Positions 9,601 to 16,636 of a stretch of 22,155 nucleotides of DNA are shown here, piece after piece; the first letter of the stretch is position 1; the number at the start of each line of letters is the position of its first letter. The DNA is taken from the IMG/VR virus record IMGVR_UViG_3300029822_001172, positions 1 to 22,155 of that record; one strand, written 5' to 3'. The DNA is from a virus. The position numbers were made by a program, and so were the translations under genes. The notes beneath the pieces are model-generated. The model made no database searches. It was not told where the DNA came from and saw only the letters and a list, made by a program, of their open reading frames with translations.

Positions 9601-9703
9601 GTCTCGTACCGACGTCTCCTACATCTTTCTGGACATCAGATAATACCTTATGTAGGCCATTCATATCGCCTATAATCGAGACTATCAGTTCGCCGACACT
9701 CAT
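6650..9703 (-). CDS. Tail tape measure protein (TP901-like core)
   Basis: 1017 aa, Ala/Ser-rich and helical. N-terminal MSVGELIVSIIGD motif, central hydrophobic segment, Trp-periodic C-terminal repeats; follows the tail chaperones. Confidence 0.95.
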   Translation of the reverse strand: MSVGELIVSIIGDMNGLHKVLSDVQKDVGDVGTRLNAAGAQISSAGSAMTAAITVPIVGAGLAFAGVAKEGMEFEKGMAQVYTLIPDMSKEAFGQMSADTLQFAKDMKVPTEEVLPALYDAIGSGVPQDNVFSFLEVAQKGAVAGATNVGVAVDTLTSLINAYGAENLSAADASDILFAGINVGKMSYEELQKSLSQVIPTAASLQIPLEQVVGALAAMTAQGTPTAQSTTQLSRLFNELAKEGTSAYNTFKEISGKSFPQFIKEGGTVEDALKLMKDGFMENSPAAKELENRMRELVDPTSGLSLEFESLTGKTFKEFRKEGGDVSDAFKILGINTEEADGRLSDMFGSIEAGNAVLTLTSRDGAILTDVMDEMERSAGQTDEAFAKISDTTSYAFESMSADIKNATTEMGVRLLPIIQDTIVPLITDTLIPAFEGAVNVIATVADAFNKLPQPVKVVILAVTAFIAALGPVLVAIGAVVSSIGTLAAAFGTGGALAGAISFISATILPALSTAFGIIAYTVIPIVIEAIALLATSFGLVAAALVAFGLAWKNNWFDIQGKFQAAKTTIETAVRNFSNTLQQLWHGLIMAAGNLKTNLSTIWDTIKTVFSTVGNVIISAVQSMYAGLQSRYNSLIAAGQSLLASWRTHWTNFQTAISTAAGAISSYLGTLYSNIQARFASIKTSAASILAAWETHWNNFKAATSAAASALSSALSSMLSYVQSRFNQIKSAASSILSAWKSHWNNFKSATSSAASALNSALSSMLSYVTSKFNSIKSAAASILSAWKTHWNNFVSATKTAASNISSSLSSMLSNMQSRFNSIKSAVLSLLNDWKTRWNNIISSTKTAGSQVVNAVKGIASDVKALVSSFSAAGRAIMDALYDSISSGFSKAIKKAKDSLKELKSYLPSSPAEKGPFHVLPNWDAAFSDPIEASIKKVRSMSGDLRSALSGLRSPIDSSLSAGFSRISNITNSSTTYGGDTISIGPNTISNGIDLQAIIAEIERQTANKRRARGLYK
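7180..7830 (-). repeat. Five tandem 141-bp (47-aa) repeats inside the tape measure gene
   Basis: W-x-x-(H/R)-W-(N/T)-N motif codons recur at plus-strand positions 7188, 7329, 7470, 7611 and 7752, exactly 141 bp apart. Confidence 0.9.
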
Positions 9704-9737
9704 TTTTCAACCTAGATTTTATAGGAACGTTTTTTGA

Positions 9738-10024
9738 TTACCTAGAAACTTTCCATGCACCGTTCTCGTTTTTCCCTTCTGGATGGGCCTCTTTGAATTT
9801 CTCCAGTCCCGAAACACCGCTGGATTTCCCAGCCTCCGCGGGATCTTTATCCTGCATGATTTCTCCGAGGACTCCCCAGAACACCTGAGCCTTCAACTTC
9901 CTAGCTTCCCAACCCTTCCGATAGTACATTATGATTTGATCCAGGGTCATTTCGTCTAGAAGCCTTTCAGGTGTAGCCCAGGCGTACATCTCACCGAGTT
10001 GAGAGATTATCTCCCAAATCGTCA
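9738..10024 (-). CDS. Tail assembly chaperone C-terminal part (gpT-like), reached by -1 frameshift
   Basis: The track ORF (ATG 9989) stays open upstream to the slippery site: LTIWEIISQLGEMYAWATPERLLDEMTLDQII. Confidence 0.8.
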
Positions 10025-10031
10025 GTTTTTT
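9999..10031 (-). other. Programmed -1 ribosomal frameshift signal: A AAA AAC plus downstream hairpin
   Basis: Heptamer at 10031-10025 in the correct phase, a 7-nt spacer, then an 8-bp stem TTGGGAGA-taa-TCTCTCAA (10017-9999, one G-U pair). Confidence 0.85.
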
Positions 10032-10393
10032 CCGTCTTCACCCCCAGCTTTTCCCTCATCATTCAGCTGAGTTATCCCTGAGAAAACGAACTTTACAAAC
10101 TTCATTAGATCGGCAATGGACAGGTTGTCAAGAAGCCAGTCCTTGGTGATTTTCTCGTTTGATTTCTCGCAAATTATCCCAACGATGTCAATGATGTCCT
10201 CCAGTACTGACATGTCAAGTGATTCCTCAGATGCGTTTTCAAACTTCTTGATGTCGTGCTTTTTCGAGAACGCAATGAACTTCAATGAGACTCTAGCCGG
10301 GATTTTGGAAATATCTACGGTTTCGCCAAGCAGTACGGCGGTTCTTTTCGGGGGTTCAAGAATTTCGAAATTTGTAAGTAGATCTTCAGTCAA
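10022..10393 (-). CDS. Tail assembly chaperone (gpG-like)
   Basis: 123 aa, TTG start, between major tail protein and tape measure; ends GGA AAA AAC TGA. Confidence 0.85.
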   Translation of the reverse strand: MTEDLLTNFEILEPPKRTAVLLGETVDISKIPARVSLKFIAFSKKHDIKKFENASEESLDMSVLEDIIDIVGIICEKSNEKITKDWLLDNLSIADLMKFVKFVFSGITQLNDEGKAGGEDGKN

Positions 10394-10395
10394 TT

Positions 10396-11196
10396 TTAGA
10401 CCCCCTGCTCATCAACAATCATAAATAGCTGGTCGCCCGCGGTCCTGGTAGTGTCACATATACCCTTGAGTGTTATCGTGGGTTTCAATGGCTCGTCGCC
10501 GTCGTCTGCTGGCAGGGTTAGCTCTATCCCTCCCTGGTTTTTGGCTGCATAGACAGTGATCTCGAATTTCTTCCCGGCTGCATTGGTATTTGTGAGCCTG
10601 GCCACTCTAGCCGATATGGTATTTTTCCCACCGCTTGACAGGGTAACGGCTGTATATGGAGTGTAAGAATAGCTTACCTTTATTCCGTCACCGTCCGTAA
10701 TTACTGTGCTTCCTGCAACCCTGGCAATGCAGGTATAGCCCTCTTCATCGACTGCAATAACATAATCTGTATTCCTGGCGGCTTCATTATCTTCAGAGTC
10801 AGTGACTACAATAGAAGCTGCCTCGGAGCCGTCGCCGTTCTTGTGGGCAAGCCTGACAAAATTAGTATCGGTCAGTGTATGGGTTTCTGCGCTTACAGGA
10901 GTTGCCGAACCTTCAACGCTGCCGAGGGTATCAATCCCGCCTCGGATCAGGTTGAGATTTGTGAGGTTGACTTCCCACATCTCGAATTCTACAGTTGCGC
11001 TGTGGTCCTTTACACCGACTATGATTTCAGGGGCATTGTCGGGTTTCAGGGTTACGGGTGTGTATTCCTCGGTAAATTTTATGCCGGTTGCGAGTCCCAG
11101 GTTTACTAGGGACGCTTCAGATTCTCCGACTTCGATTTTTGCCGAACCGAAGCGGATAGTCTCAGAATGTTGTGTGCTTGTCTGGTATGTTGTCAA
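10396..11196 (-). CDS. Major tail (tube) protein
   Basis: 266 aa, TTG start with AGGTGA RBS; IRFGSAKIEVG...NLGLATGIKF N-terminus; canonical position. Confidence 0.85.
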   Translation of the reverse strand: MTTYQTSTQHSETIRFGSAKIEVGESEASLVNLGLATGIKFTEEYTPVTLKPDNAPEIIVGVKDHSATVEFEMWEVNLTNLNLIRGGIDTLGSVEGSATPVSAETHTLTDTNFVRLAHKNGDGSEAASIVVTDSEDNEAARNTDYVIAVDEEGYTCIARVAGSTVITDGDGIKVSYSYTPYTAVTLSSGGKNTISARVARLTNTNAAGKKFEITVYAAKNQGGIELTLPADDGDEPLKPTITLKGICDTTRTAGDQLFMIVDEQGV

Positions 11197-11200
11197 GTGT

Positions 11201-11569
11201 TCACCTTCTGTAAATTATCTTAAAGTCATAGGGGATATGATAAACTCCTGTTTCGGAGTCGTAAGAATCGAAAGAAGATAGTGGAACGATTATCTCTATG
11301 TTATGACCGTTTATAGTGCCGGAATACCCATTTAAAGCATTTTCAACGGCTGCTTTAATTTGTTTCACTTGTGAATAGTCATTAGAAAAAATATCAATCT
11401 GAAAGCGGGGGGTACCCGTAATTCGATTGAATGGTTCGGATACCTGGAAATATGAAAGAGCCGGGAGAGTACAATCTAGGGGAAGCTGAACAGGGTATAT
11501 TCGAGTACCTACAAGAGCGTATAGGGTTGGATCTGCAAGCAGGATAGTTCGTAATGCTTCCTCTATCAT
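11201..11569 (-). CDS. Tail terminator / DUF3168-like protein
   Basis: MIEEALRTILLAD..L.ALVGTRIYP...LP and RFQIDIFS motifs. Confidence 0.85.
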   Translation of the reverse strand: MIEEALRTILLADPTLYALVGTRIYPVQLPLDCTLPALSYFQVSEPFNRITGTPRFQIDIFSNDYSQVKQIKAAVENALNGYSGTINGHNIEIIVPLSSFDSYDSETGVYHIPYDFKIIYRR

Positions 11570-11946
11570 TTGTACCGTCCGATAAGCTGGTTAAGTCGCG
11601 TTTCAAATGCTGCCTGTATCTCGTTTGTGTTTTCATCGAGTGCAGGTCTTAAATACGGTTGTGCTCTCTGATATCTAGTTCCAAATTCGACATGCGGCGC
11701 GTATTCAATGTCAGTACCAACTTGACTTTCGATTCTCCCAGGCGTTTTATTCTGTTTCATTTCTCTGAGTGACCGCCTGAGAGTGCCGGTATCAACAGGA
11801 CACCTTATTTTCGCATCCCTTTCAACTACTGCTGCGCCTGCGCTTACTGCCTGTGATAAGATAATCTGAAGTTCTTTATCAAGTGCCTTAAATTTCGATT
11901 GGAGTTCTTTAACTCCCTCAATTTTCACCGTGAACATATCGGACAT
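11566..11946 (-). CDS. HK97 gp10-like neck/tail-completion protein
   Basis: AKIRCPVDTGTLRRS, YAPHVEFGT and QPYLRPA motifs. Probable start is ATG 11946; the track start of 11973 overlaps the small upstream ORF. Confidence 0.85.
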   Translation of the reverse strand: MSDMFTVKIEGVKELQSKFKALDKELQIILSQAVSAGAAVVERDAKIRCPVDTGTLRRSLREMKQNKTPGRIESQVGTDIEYAPHVEFGTRYQRAQPYLRPALDENTNEIQAAFETRLNQLIGRYK

Positions 11947-11947
11947 A

Positions 11948-12097
11948 TCAGATTTTCCCGAAAAGCAGCTCAATCTCCCCTTCTTTCCTGTCGTTCCGCT
12001 CCTGGGTTATCAGTTCTTTCAGGTCATTTTTTAGACAGTCTCTATTTTTCTCACATTCCCCTCGGTATACCAGTGTAGGGGGGTGTGTAGGGGCCAT
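11948..12097 (-). CDS. 49-aa ORF (MAPTHPPTLVYRGECEKNRDCLKNDLKELITQERNDRKEGEIELLFGKI)
   Basis: Manual translation. The ATG lies 1 nt after the upstream TAA, and its TGA lies 1 nt before the next ATG, so it fills the gap exactly. Confidence 0.55.
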   Translation of the reverse strand: MAPTHPPTLVYRGECEKNRDCLKNDLKELITQERNDRKEGEIELLFGKI

Positions 12098-12098
12098 G

Positions 12099-12695
12099 TT
12101 ACCGCTTCTCTACCGCCTTCAGGCTTGCCTCGATATGATCTATACTACCACTGAAAAAATTTTCATATATTGAAACGTTGGTAACTTCATAAGTATGATT
12201 ATATCCGGATTCTGTGCTTGTTATGTGGTCACCTCCCATGACTACAGCGTCAGCCGGGAGAAATACAATAGTCTCGGATGCCACGTATTTTCCAGACTCA
12301 TAATAGGGAAGTGAGCCGCCAGTTTGTCTTGTGTTTGCGAATTTGCAAGCGTATTCCGTGCTGGCCGTTGTAGTTTGTGGGGTTCCTACTCCGTTTGTGT
12401 GGGGGATCGCAGGACCGGAGGCCGTAGCTCTGCCTGTGCCAGTGTCACTAATTGATTCACTTTCGAAGGTTCCTGAAACATTAGATAAGATTAGATACCC
12501 GGCTGCATTTCCAGATGACCAGGAGCCGGAGGACAGCGTAATACTTTTTATCGTACTTCTAGCTTCGGAGGTTGCACCTGTCAGGACGGACCCGACAGTA
12601 AAAACAGCAGTCCCCGAGGTGAAATTGAGTTTCTGATCCTGGGATGTGCTGATTACCTGGCAGGTATGCAACATTCCGAAGTTAAGAGAGTTCAT
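12099..12695 (-). CDS. Putative head-closure protein with an inserted Ser/Thr/Gly-rich beta domain
   Basis: Position after the adaptor. The C-terminal IVFLPAD...GGDHIT...YEV...DHIEASLK pattern is head-closure-like. Confidence 0.6.
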   Translation of the reverse strand: MNSLNFGMLHTCQVISTSQDQKLNFTSGTAVFTVGSVLTGATSEARSTIKSITLSSGSWSSGNAAGYLILSNVSGTFESESISDTGTGRATASGPAIPHTNGVGTPQTTTASTEYACKFANTRQTGGSLPYYESGKYVASETIVFLPADAVVMGGDHITSTESGYNHTYEVTNVSIYENFFSGSIDHIEASLKAVEKR

Positions 12696-13078
12696 AAAGT
12701 ATTGTTCACCGTCCCGAATCCGACGCGCCCGAATGGTATTGAAACATTGAGGACTTTCACGGAGTCCTTATATTTCTGAATCAGCTCAGCCGCTTTTTCA
12801 TCGTATGCTTTGATATCTGCGTCTATTGTGTTCTGTTGCTGGCTGTTTCCCTGCTGGATGCTTGCCGCCATCTCTCCGGTAGTTTTCATTTTCCGAAGAG
12901 TGGCAGCCCATGCCGCGTTTTTTCCGGCGAGAATTAGCAGAGGGTTGCTAGAAGCTGTTACCTCGGCTAGTGCCAGGACCTCGGCAGATACCTCGGTGAT
13001 AATATCAAGGATATCTGAATCCGTGAGGGTTGAGCTGTAGACCCTGGCGCGAACTTCAGCAACAGAACACAAGACCAT
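12692..13078 (-). CDS. Putative head-tail adaptor (gp6/gp15-like)
   Basis: 128 aa helical protein directly after the MCP; LCSVAEVRARV...LTDSDILDII N-terminus. Confidence 0.65.
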   Translation of the reverse strand: MVLCSVAEVRARVYSSTLTDSDILDIITEVSAEVLALAEVTASSNPLLILAGKNAAWAATLRKMKTTGEMAASIQQGNSQQQNTIDADIKAYDEKAAELIQKYKDSVKVLNVSIPFGRVGFGTVNNTL

Positions 13079-13087
13079 TCAAAGACC

Positions 13088-13963
13088 TCAGATAACGGAT
13101 ATCTTGCAGATTGCCTTATCCTGCTTGATCCTGAGAATTCCCGCGCTGTAAACTCTTCCTGTCAGGTCTCCCGTGTCTGGATGCTCTGAATCGATACCAT
13201 GCTCAACGGTATAATTCTGAGTTAGATAGAAATCGAAATATGCTTTCCCTACCGATGGAGTCGGTAGAACGAGTCCGTCCGAATCTGGGAGGACTGTATC
13301 AGGTACGGCATAGATTGCACCGCCGTTCAGCATACTCTCGACTATCGGTTTTTCAAGCTGTCCAGAAGTGCTGTGAACGCTACTCTCAAGCTCTCCGTAA
13401 TTCGTGAAGCCGAGAACCATGTTTAGGGGCATGTTGTATGCGGGAACTCCGTAGCCTGCCATAGTCGTTTTTGCTCCGGCAAGTGCTTTTATTGCGTTGC
13501 CCCATGTGCCGAAGTCGTTTGACGTGGAATAGTCGGAACCCGCGCCCTGATACAGCCCTAGGATATCGTAGTTTGTACCGTCGTTTTTCACGCCCTGGAT
13601 GATTGCCATATCCTCGGCGGTAACAGTCTGATAGCCTGCAGAAAGCGCGGCGGCATTGTCGATATCTACACCACCGACTTTCCAGCTCTCGTACATTCTG
13701 CGAGGAACTTTGTAATCTTTCCAGTACACAGGGATTTTGTTGTTTGTCAGGGCGACGTCAATCATGTCCTCGTTTCCAGAAGTGAAACCATAGGACACAT
13801 AACCTTCGGACATTTCGGTAATTTTGCCCCATTCGACTGAGGAAATACCGAATCCCTGCGCGGGAGTCACGTAAACGAGCTTACGCCCGATGTTAACTTG
13901 TCTCAGAGGGTCAACAAGCTGAGATTCAATTTTCTTTGAAAAAGTTGCAAGTGCATTTGTCAT
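13088..13963 (-). CDS. HK97-fold major capsid protein, family-1 encapsulin (Linocin M18)-like
   Basis: 291 aa with AGGAGG RBS. GRKLVYV...G, IPVYWKDY...AEDMAIIQG and LEKPIVESMLNGGAIYAVP motifs match the encapsulin pattern; context is viral. Confidence 0.88.
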   Translation of the reverse strand: MTNALATFSKKIESQLVDPLRQVNIGRKLVYVTPAQGFGISSVEWGKITEMSEGYVSYGFTSGNEDMIDVALTNNKIPVYWKDYKVPRRMYESWKVGGVDIDNAAALSAGYQTVTAEDMAIIQGVKNDGTNYDILGLYQGAGSDYSTSNDFGTWGNAIKALAGAKTTMAGYGVPAYNMPLNMVLGFTNYGELESSVHSTSGQLEKPIVESMLNGGAIYAVPDTVLPDSDGLVLPTPSVGKAYFDFYLTQNYTVEHGIDSEHPDTGDLTGRVYSAGILRIKQDKAICKISVI

Positions 13964-13975
13964 TGTTTTTCCTCC

Positions 13976-14518
13976 TTAGATCAGGCTCAGGACCATCAGG
14001 TCAGCAGATTCGTCTATGGTTGTCACGGTTTCCATTGCAATTCCTACAACAATACCGCCTATCCCTACTGAACCTGTAATCGTTGGTGTTGTGGATACTA
14101 CCGCACTTGCAGTCGCGGAACCGGTGGTACATGCAGCAGCGAGGGCTTCTGAGACTTCGCCGTTTGCGGCTGCCACAAGCCTGTCTCCCTTTGCGATTGT
14201 CTGATTATCTGCGAGTTTCGCAACGACAACAAAACCGCCGCCATACAGGACAGGAGCCTGAGCATACTGAGCATAGATCGTGTCGACATCTGTAGGCATG
14301 TATCCAGCGTTTGTTACCTGTTCGTATCCAGCCCATCCGATACAATTTTCGCCCGCACCACAAACAACGATATCATTATCATTAGTACCTTTTTTTACAA
14401 GTCTGCCCGGGTAAACATTGGTTGCAGTCTCGACATTGAGTTCCTGTACGAGTGGTTCTCCTGCTACGACTATTTTGTTAGTCGGTTTCCTGAGTCCGAG
14501 ATTAGCCATTATTCCCAC
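13976..14518 (-). CDS. Capsid decoration/cement protein (DUF2190-like)
   Basis: 180 aa between scaffold and MCP; PGRLVKKG...IGWA...IAKGDRLVAAANGEV...VGIAME pattern. Confidence 0.7.
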   Translation of the reverse strand: MGIMANLGLRKPTNKIVVAGEPLVQELNVETATNVYPGRLVKKGTNDNDIVVCGAGENCIGWAGYEQVTNAGYMPTDVDTIYAQYAQAPVLYGGGFVVVAKLADNQTIAKGDRLVAAANGEVSEALAAACTTGSATASAVVSTTPTITGSVGIGGIVVGIAMETVTTIDESADLMVLSLI

Positions 14519-15504
14519 GCTCCGGTTTTAGGATTATATGCGCCTGTGCAGGCTTTGTTTTCGGTCTGTACGTTTCCGGCTGGATACTGTACGCCAGAAG
14601 CTCCGAGTTTTACACCACCCAGATCTTCAGCGAGTTTGTTAAGATCGGCTGCGGTAAGTGTCTTAAAATCTTCGGCTTTTGTCTCAATGCCTAGTTTTTC
14701 CCTGGCACTTGCGAAGGCTGAGAATGCTGTTTCTCTTTCGTTTGCCTTCTGAACTTCCTGCTTATATTCTTCCAGAGCAGAAGCGACAAGTTTCTGAGCT
14801 TCTTCGAGAGTCAGAGAAGAGGCTTTTCCCTTTTCAAGAGAAGCAACGAGAGTATTCTTTTCCTCAAGTTTTCCCTTCAGATCTTCGATAGAAGCTGTCA
14901 GTTCTCCGACTTTTGCCTCAAGCTCTGGGACGGATGCGGCCACCGGCTTGAGTTCTTCAATAATTTTATCTTTTTCTTCAAGCTCAACTTTGAGCTTTTC
15001 GAGTTCTTCTGTTATGGTTTCACCTTCTTCTTGTGATGATGCGATTAACGTAAATTGTGAAAGCGTCCTAAAACGAGAATTCCCATTTTCTGATGCTGTA
15101 ATCTCCCAAGCCGCTTGACTCCACGCGGGATTCCTCACAAGAGTCATAGACCGCGCTTCTATTCCAGTTGCCCATCCTTCAGAATCAATGTTAGAAGCCT
15201 GGACGTAAGTAGACCAGTTTTTTTCCCATGTCCCATCTGCGATTTTCTGAGCGGCTATTGAATCAGTTATCCGCCCTTTTGCTCTGATAACATCACCTTC
15301 ACGCCAAGCGGCAACAATGCGCCCAACTTCTGCGCGGGGATCTTCGGAAAAATCGCAATCGTGTGGATCATCACGCGGGCATATTCGGATAACAGAGGCT
15401 TTTAAGGAGTTGATAGCGTTATCTGCTTCTGATGCGGGTATGCCCCACCCGTTAGCATTTTTTTGATTGAGAGGGAAAGCGAGTCCCTCGATAAAAAGAG
15501 TCAT
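14509..15504 (-). CDS. Prohead protease-scaffold fusion
   Basis: N-terminal domain with IEGLAFP, H...VGRI and SMTLVRNPAW motifs, followed by a long acidic coiled coil. Confidence 0.8.
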   Translation of the reverse strand: MTLFIEGLAFPLNQKNANGWGIPASEADNAINSLKASVIRICPRDDPHDCDFSEDPRAEVGRIVAAWREGDVIRAKGRITDSIAAQKIADGTWEKNWSTYVQASNIDSEGWATGIEARSMTLVRNPAWSQAAWEITASENGNSRFRTLSQFTLIASSQEEGETITEELEKLKVELEEKDKIIEELKPVAASVPELEAKVGELTASIEDLKGKLEEKNTLVASLEKGKASSLTLEEAQKLVASALEEYKQEVQKANERETAFSAFASAREKLGIETKAEDFKTLTAADLNKLAEDLGGVKLGASGVQYPAGNVQTENKACTGAYNPKTGAWE

Positions 15505-15558
15505 TTGTAAATGTTAACGCTGTGAACTGATATATATTTATCTATAAGAATATTGTAG
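15505..15558 (-). promoter_or_regulatory. Putative late promoter of the morphogenesis operon (leaderless or very short leader)
   Basis: TAAATATATA at 15540-15531, 26 nt upstream of the protease ATG; no SD sequence before the ATG. Confidence 0.55.
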
Positions 15559-15660
15559 AAAATAAAAAAATGTAGAATTAAAAAACGGCTTATTGTAAGG
15601 CTCTGTATTGAGTTAAAAATAGAAGGTTAATGTATTTAGACCTGAGAAAAAAGATAATTG
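15555..15660 (-). terminator. Oligo-U tracts ending the leftward accessory transcripts
   Basis: Several T5-T7 runs on the minus strand in a 170-bp AT-rich gap. Confidence 0.4.
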
Positions 15661-15671
15661 ATTATATGAGC

Positions 15672-15908
15672 TTAGAAAAACCGATTAAATGAGGCCTCTT
15701 TTCTCTCAATTATCTTGCATTGTGATTTTGGTATCCAATGTAATTCTCCAGACTTTTTCAGCGCAATTTGAAAAGCTTTTGTAGTCGAACGAAGGATAAC
15801 TACGCCGCTTTTGAACTGGTTGAATATTTCTTTCTCTTTTGCTAGCCAGTCCGGTATTTCGAGTTCGTGACGTGGATATTCTTGAGATGGGATTGTGGAG
15901 AGTTTCAT
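15672..15908 (-). CDS. Hypothetical protein (HWIPKSQC motif)
   Basis: 78 aa with ATGA overlap; the W-I-P-K-S-Q motif is common in small viral proteins. Confidence 0.65.
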   Translation of the reverse strand: MKLSTIPSQEYPRHELEIPDWLAKEKEIFNQFKSGVVILRSTTKAFQIALKKSGELHWIPKSQCKIIERKEASFNRFF

Positions 15909-16210
15909 ATTACCTCAACCCCCTTAACTTCACAAGGTGCAATAACCATAATCTTTCCCTTCATCACGACAAAAAGAGGCGAATGCTTTTCATATGAAAG
16001 ATACATCTTGCCTTCTTCTGGGATCAGATCCTTTCTAAATAGTCCGGTATCTCCCTCTTTTGTTGTTGCCTGGACAAGCCCGCCGCCGATTGGGGACAGG
16101 GATATTACATGTTCTTCTCGCGTGAGGCTGTCGTAAAATTTGAATAGGTTTTCTGGTAGTTCTTCGGGATAGTTTACTGTTAGGGTTATGTCTGGGATAT
16201 CTTTTATCAT
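15905..16210 (-). CDS. Hypothetical protein with sliding-clamp-like C-terminus
   Basis: 101 aa with CGGAG RBS; ends F-RKDLI...YLSY...SPLFVVMKGKIMVIAP. Confidence 0.6.
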   Translation of the reverse strand: MIKDIPDITLTVNYPEELPENLFKFYDSLTREEHVISLSPIGGGLVQATTKEGDTGLFRKDLIPEEGKMYLSYEKHSPLFVVMKGKIMVIAPCEVKGVEVI

Positions 16211-16244
16211 AGTTTGTGGCTCCGTGATTTTTTATGATGGCTGT

Positions 16245-16447
16245 TTATGCCGAGTGTATAGCTTGCATTACGTCACCGAGTTTGACATCTGCTCCACATG
16301 TTTCGCATATGTGATGTTTTATTTCTTCGGTTACTTCTGTTTCTCCGTCCACTGTTTTTATATGGCGAGTTCCACATTTACAAGGTTAAAAATGGGAATC
16401 TCCGTCATTTATGGCGGAGAGGCTTCAACTAATTTATAAGTAGTCAT
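16245..16447 (-). pseudogene. Small Zn-ribbon gene interrupted by a 41-47 bp insertion
   Basis: The ATG overlaps the upstream TGA. As written it reads MTTYKLVEASPP-stop. Removing the insertion restores MTTYKL(EPC/AC/G)KCGTRHIK...CETCGADVKLGDVMQAIHSA. Confidence 0.75.
16382..16428 (+). mobile_element. Miniature IS200/IS605 right-end-like element
   Basis: GGGAATCTCCGTCAT-tt-ATGGCGGAGAGGCTTCAA: a 10-bp hairpin (16399-16420) followed by terminal TCAA. It breaks a reading frame. The left boundary is 16382, 16385 or 16388. Confidence 0.65.
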
Positions 16448-16626
16448 TCGTCCCATTCCTGATGTTTACATTTTTTACAGTGCCAGCCATATGGCACTTT
16501 TCCTTTTTTCCATTCTTCTGCTGTTTCATAAGAGCGTTTAAGATCCTCTCCACACTTTGGACAAATTGGACGTTCAGTTTTACCTCTTCCCTTAAAACGT
16601 GGACGGGGTTTAGTTTCAGAGGTCAT
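16444..16626 (-). CDS. Zn-ribbon protein, paralog of 18035-18244
   Basis: Basic N-terminus followed by PICPKCGE..R.Y...GWHCKKC. Confidence 0.75.
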   Translation of the reverse strand: MTSETKPRPRFKGRGKTERPICPKCGEDLKRSYETAEEWKKGKVPYGWHCKKCKHQEWDE

Positions 16627-16636
16627 TTTTCAGACC

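Noticed and set aside
13088-13963. Cellular encapsulin nanocompartment operon
   Set aside because: There is no cargo gene (ferritin-like or peroxidase); the neighbours are protease-scaffold, decoration, adaptor and tail genes.
1312-14891. Numerous plus-strand ORFs of 60-164 aa (e.g. 8028-8522, 8529-8963, 10802-11281)
   Set aside because: They are antisense shadows of well-supported minus-strand structural genes, with no RBS or recognisable motifs.
16188-16439. tnpB remnant upstream of the IS-like end (plus-strand 83-aa ORF)
   Set aside because: The listed plus-strand ORF has no RuvC or TnpB zinc-finger motif, and the minus strand carries a coherent Zn-ribbon gene.
16376-16440. Bulge-helix-bulge intron explaining the frame-breaking insertion
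   Set aside because: The minus-strand RNA can form an extended hairpin, but I find a 4x1 internal loop rather than two 3-nt bulges around a 4-bp helix.
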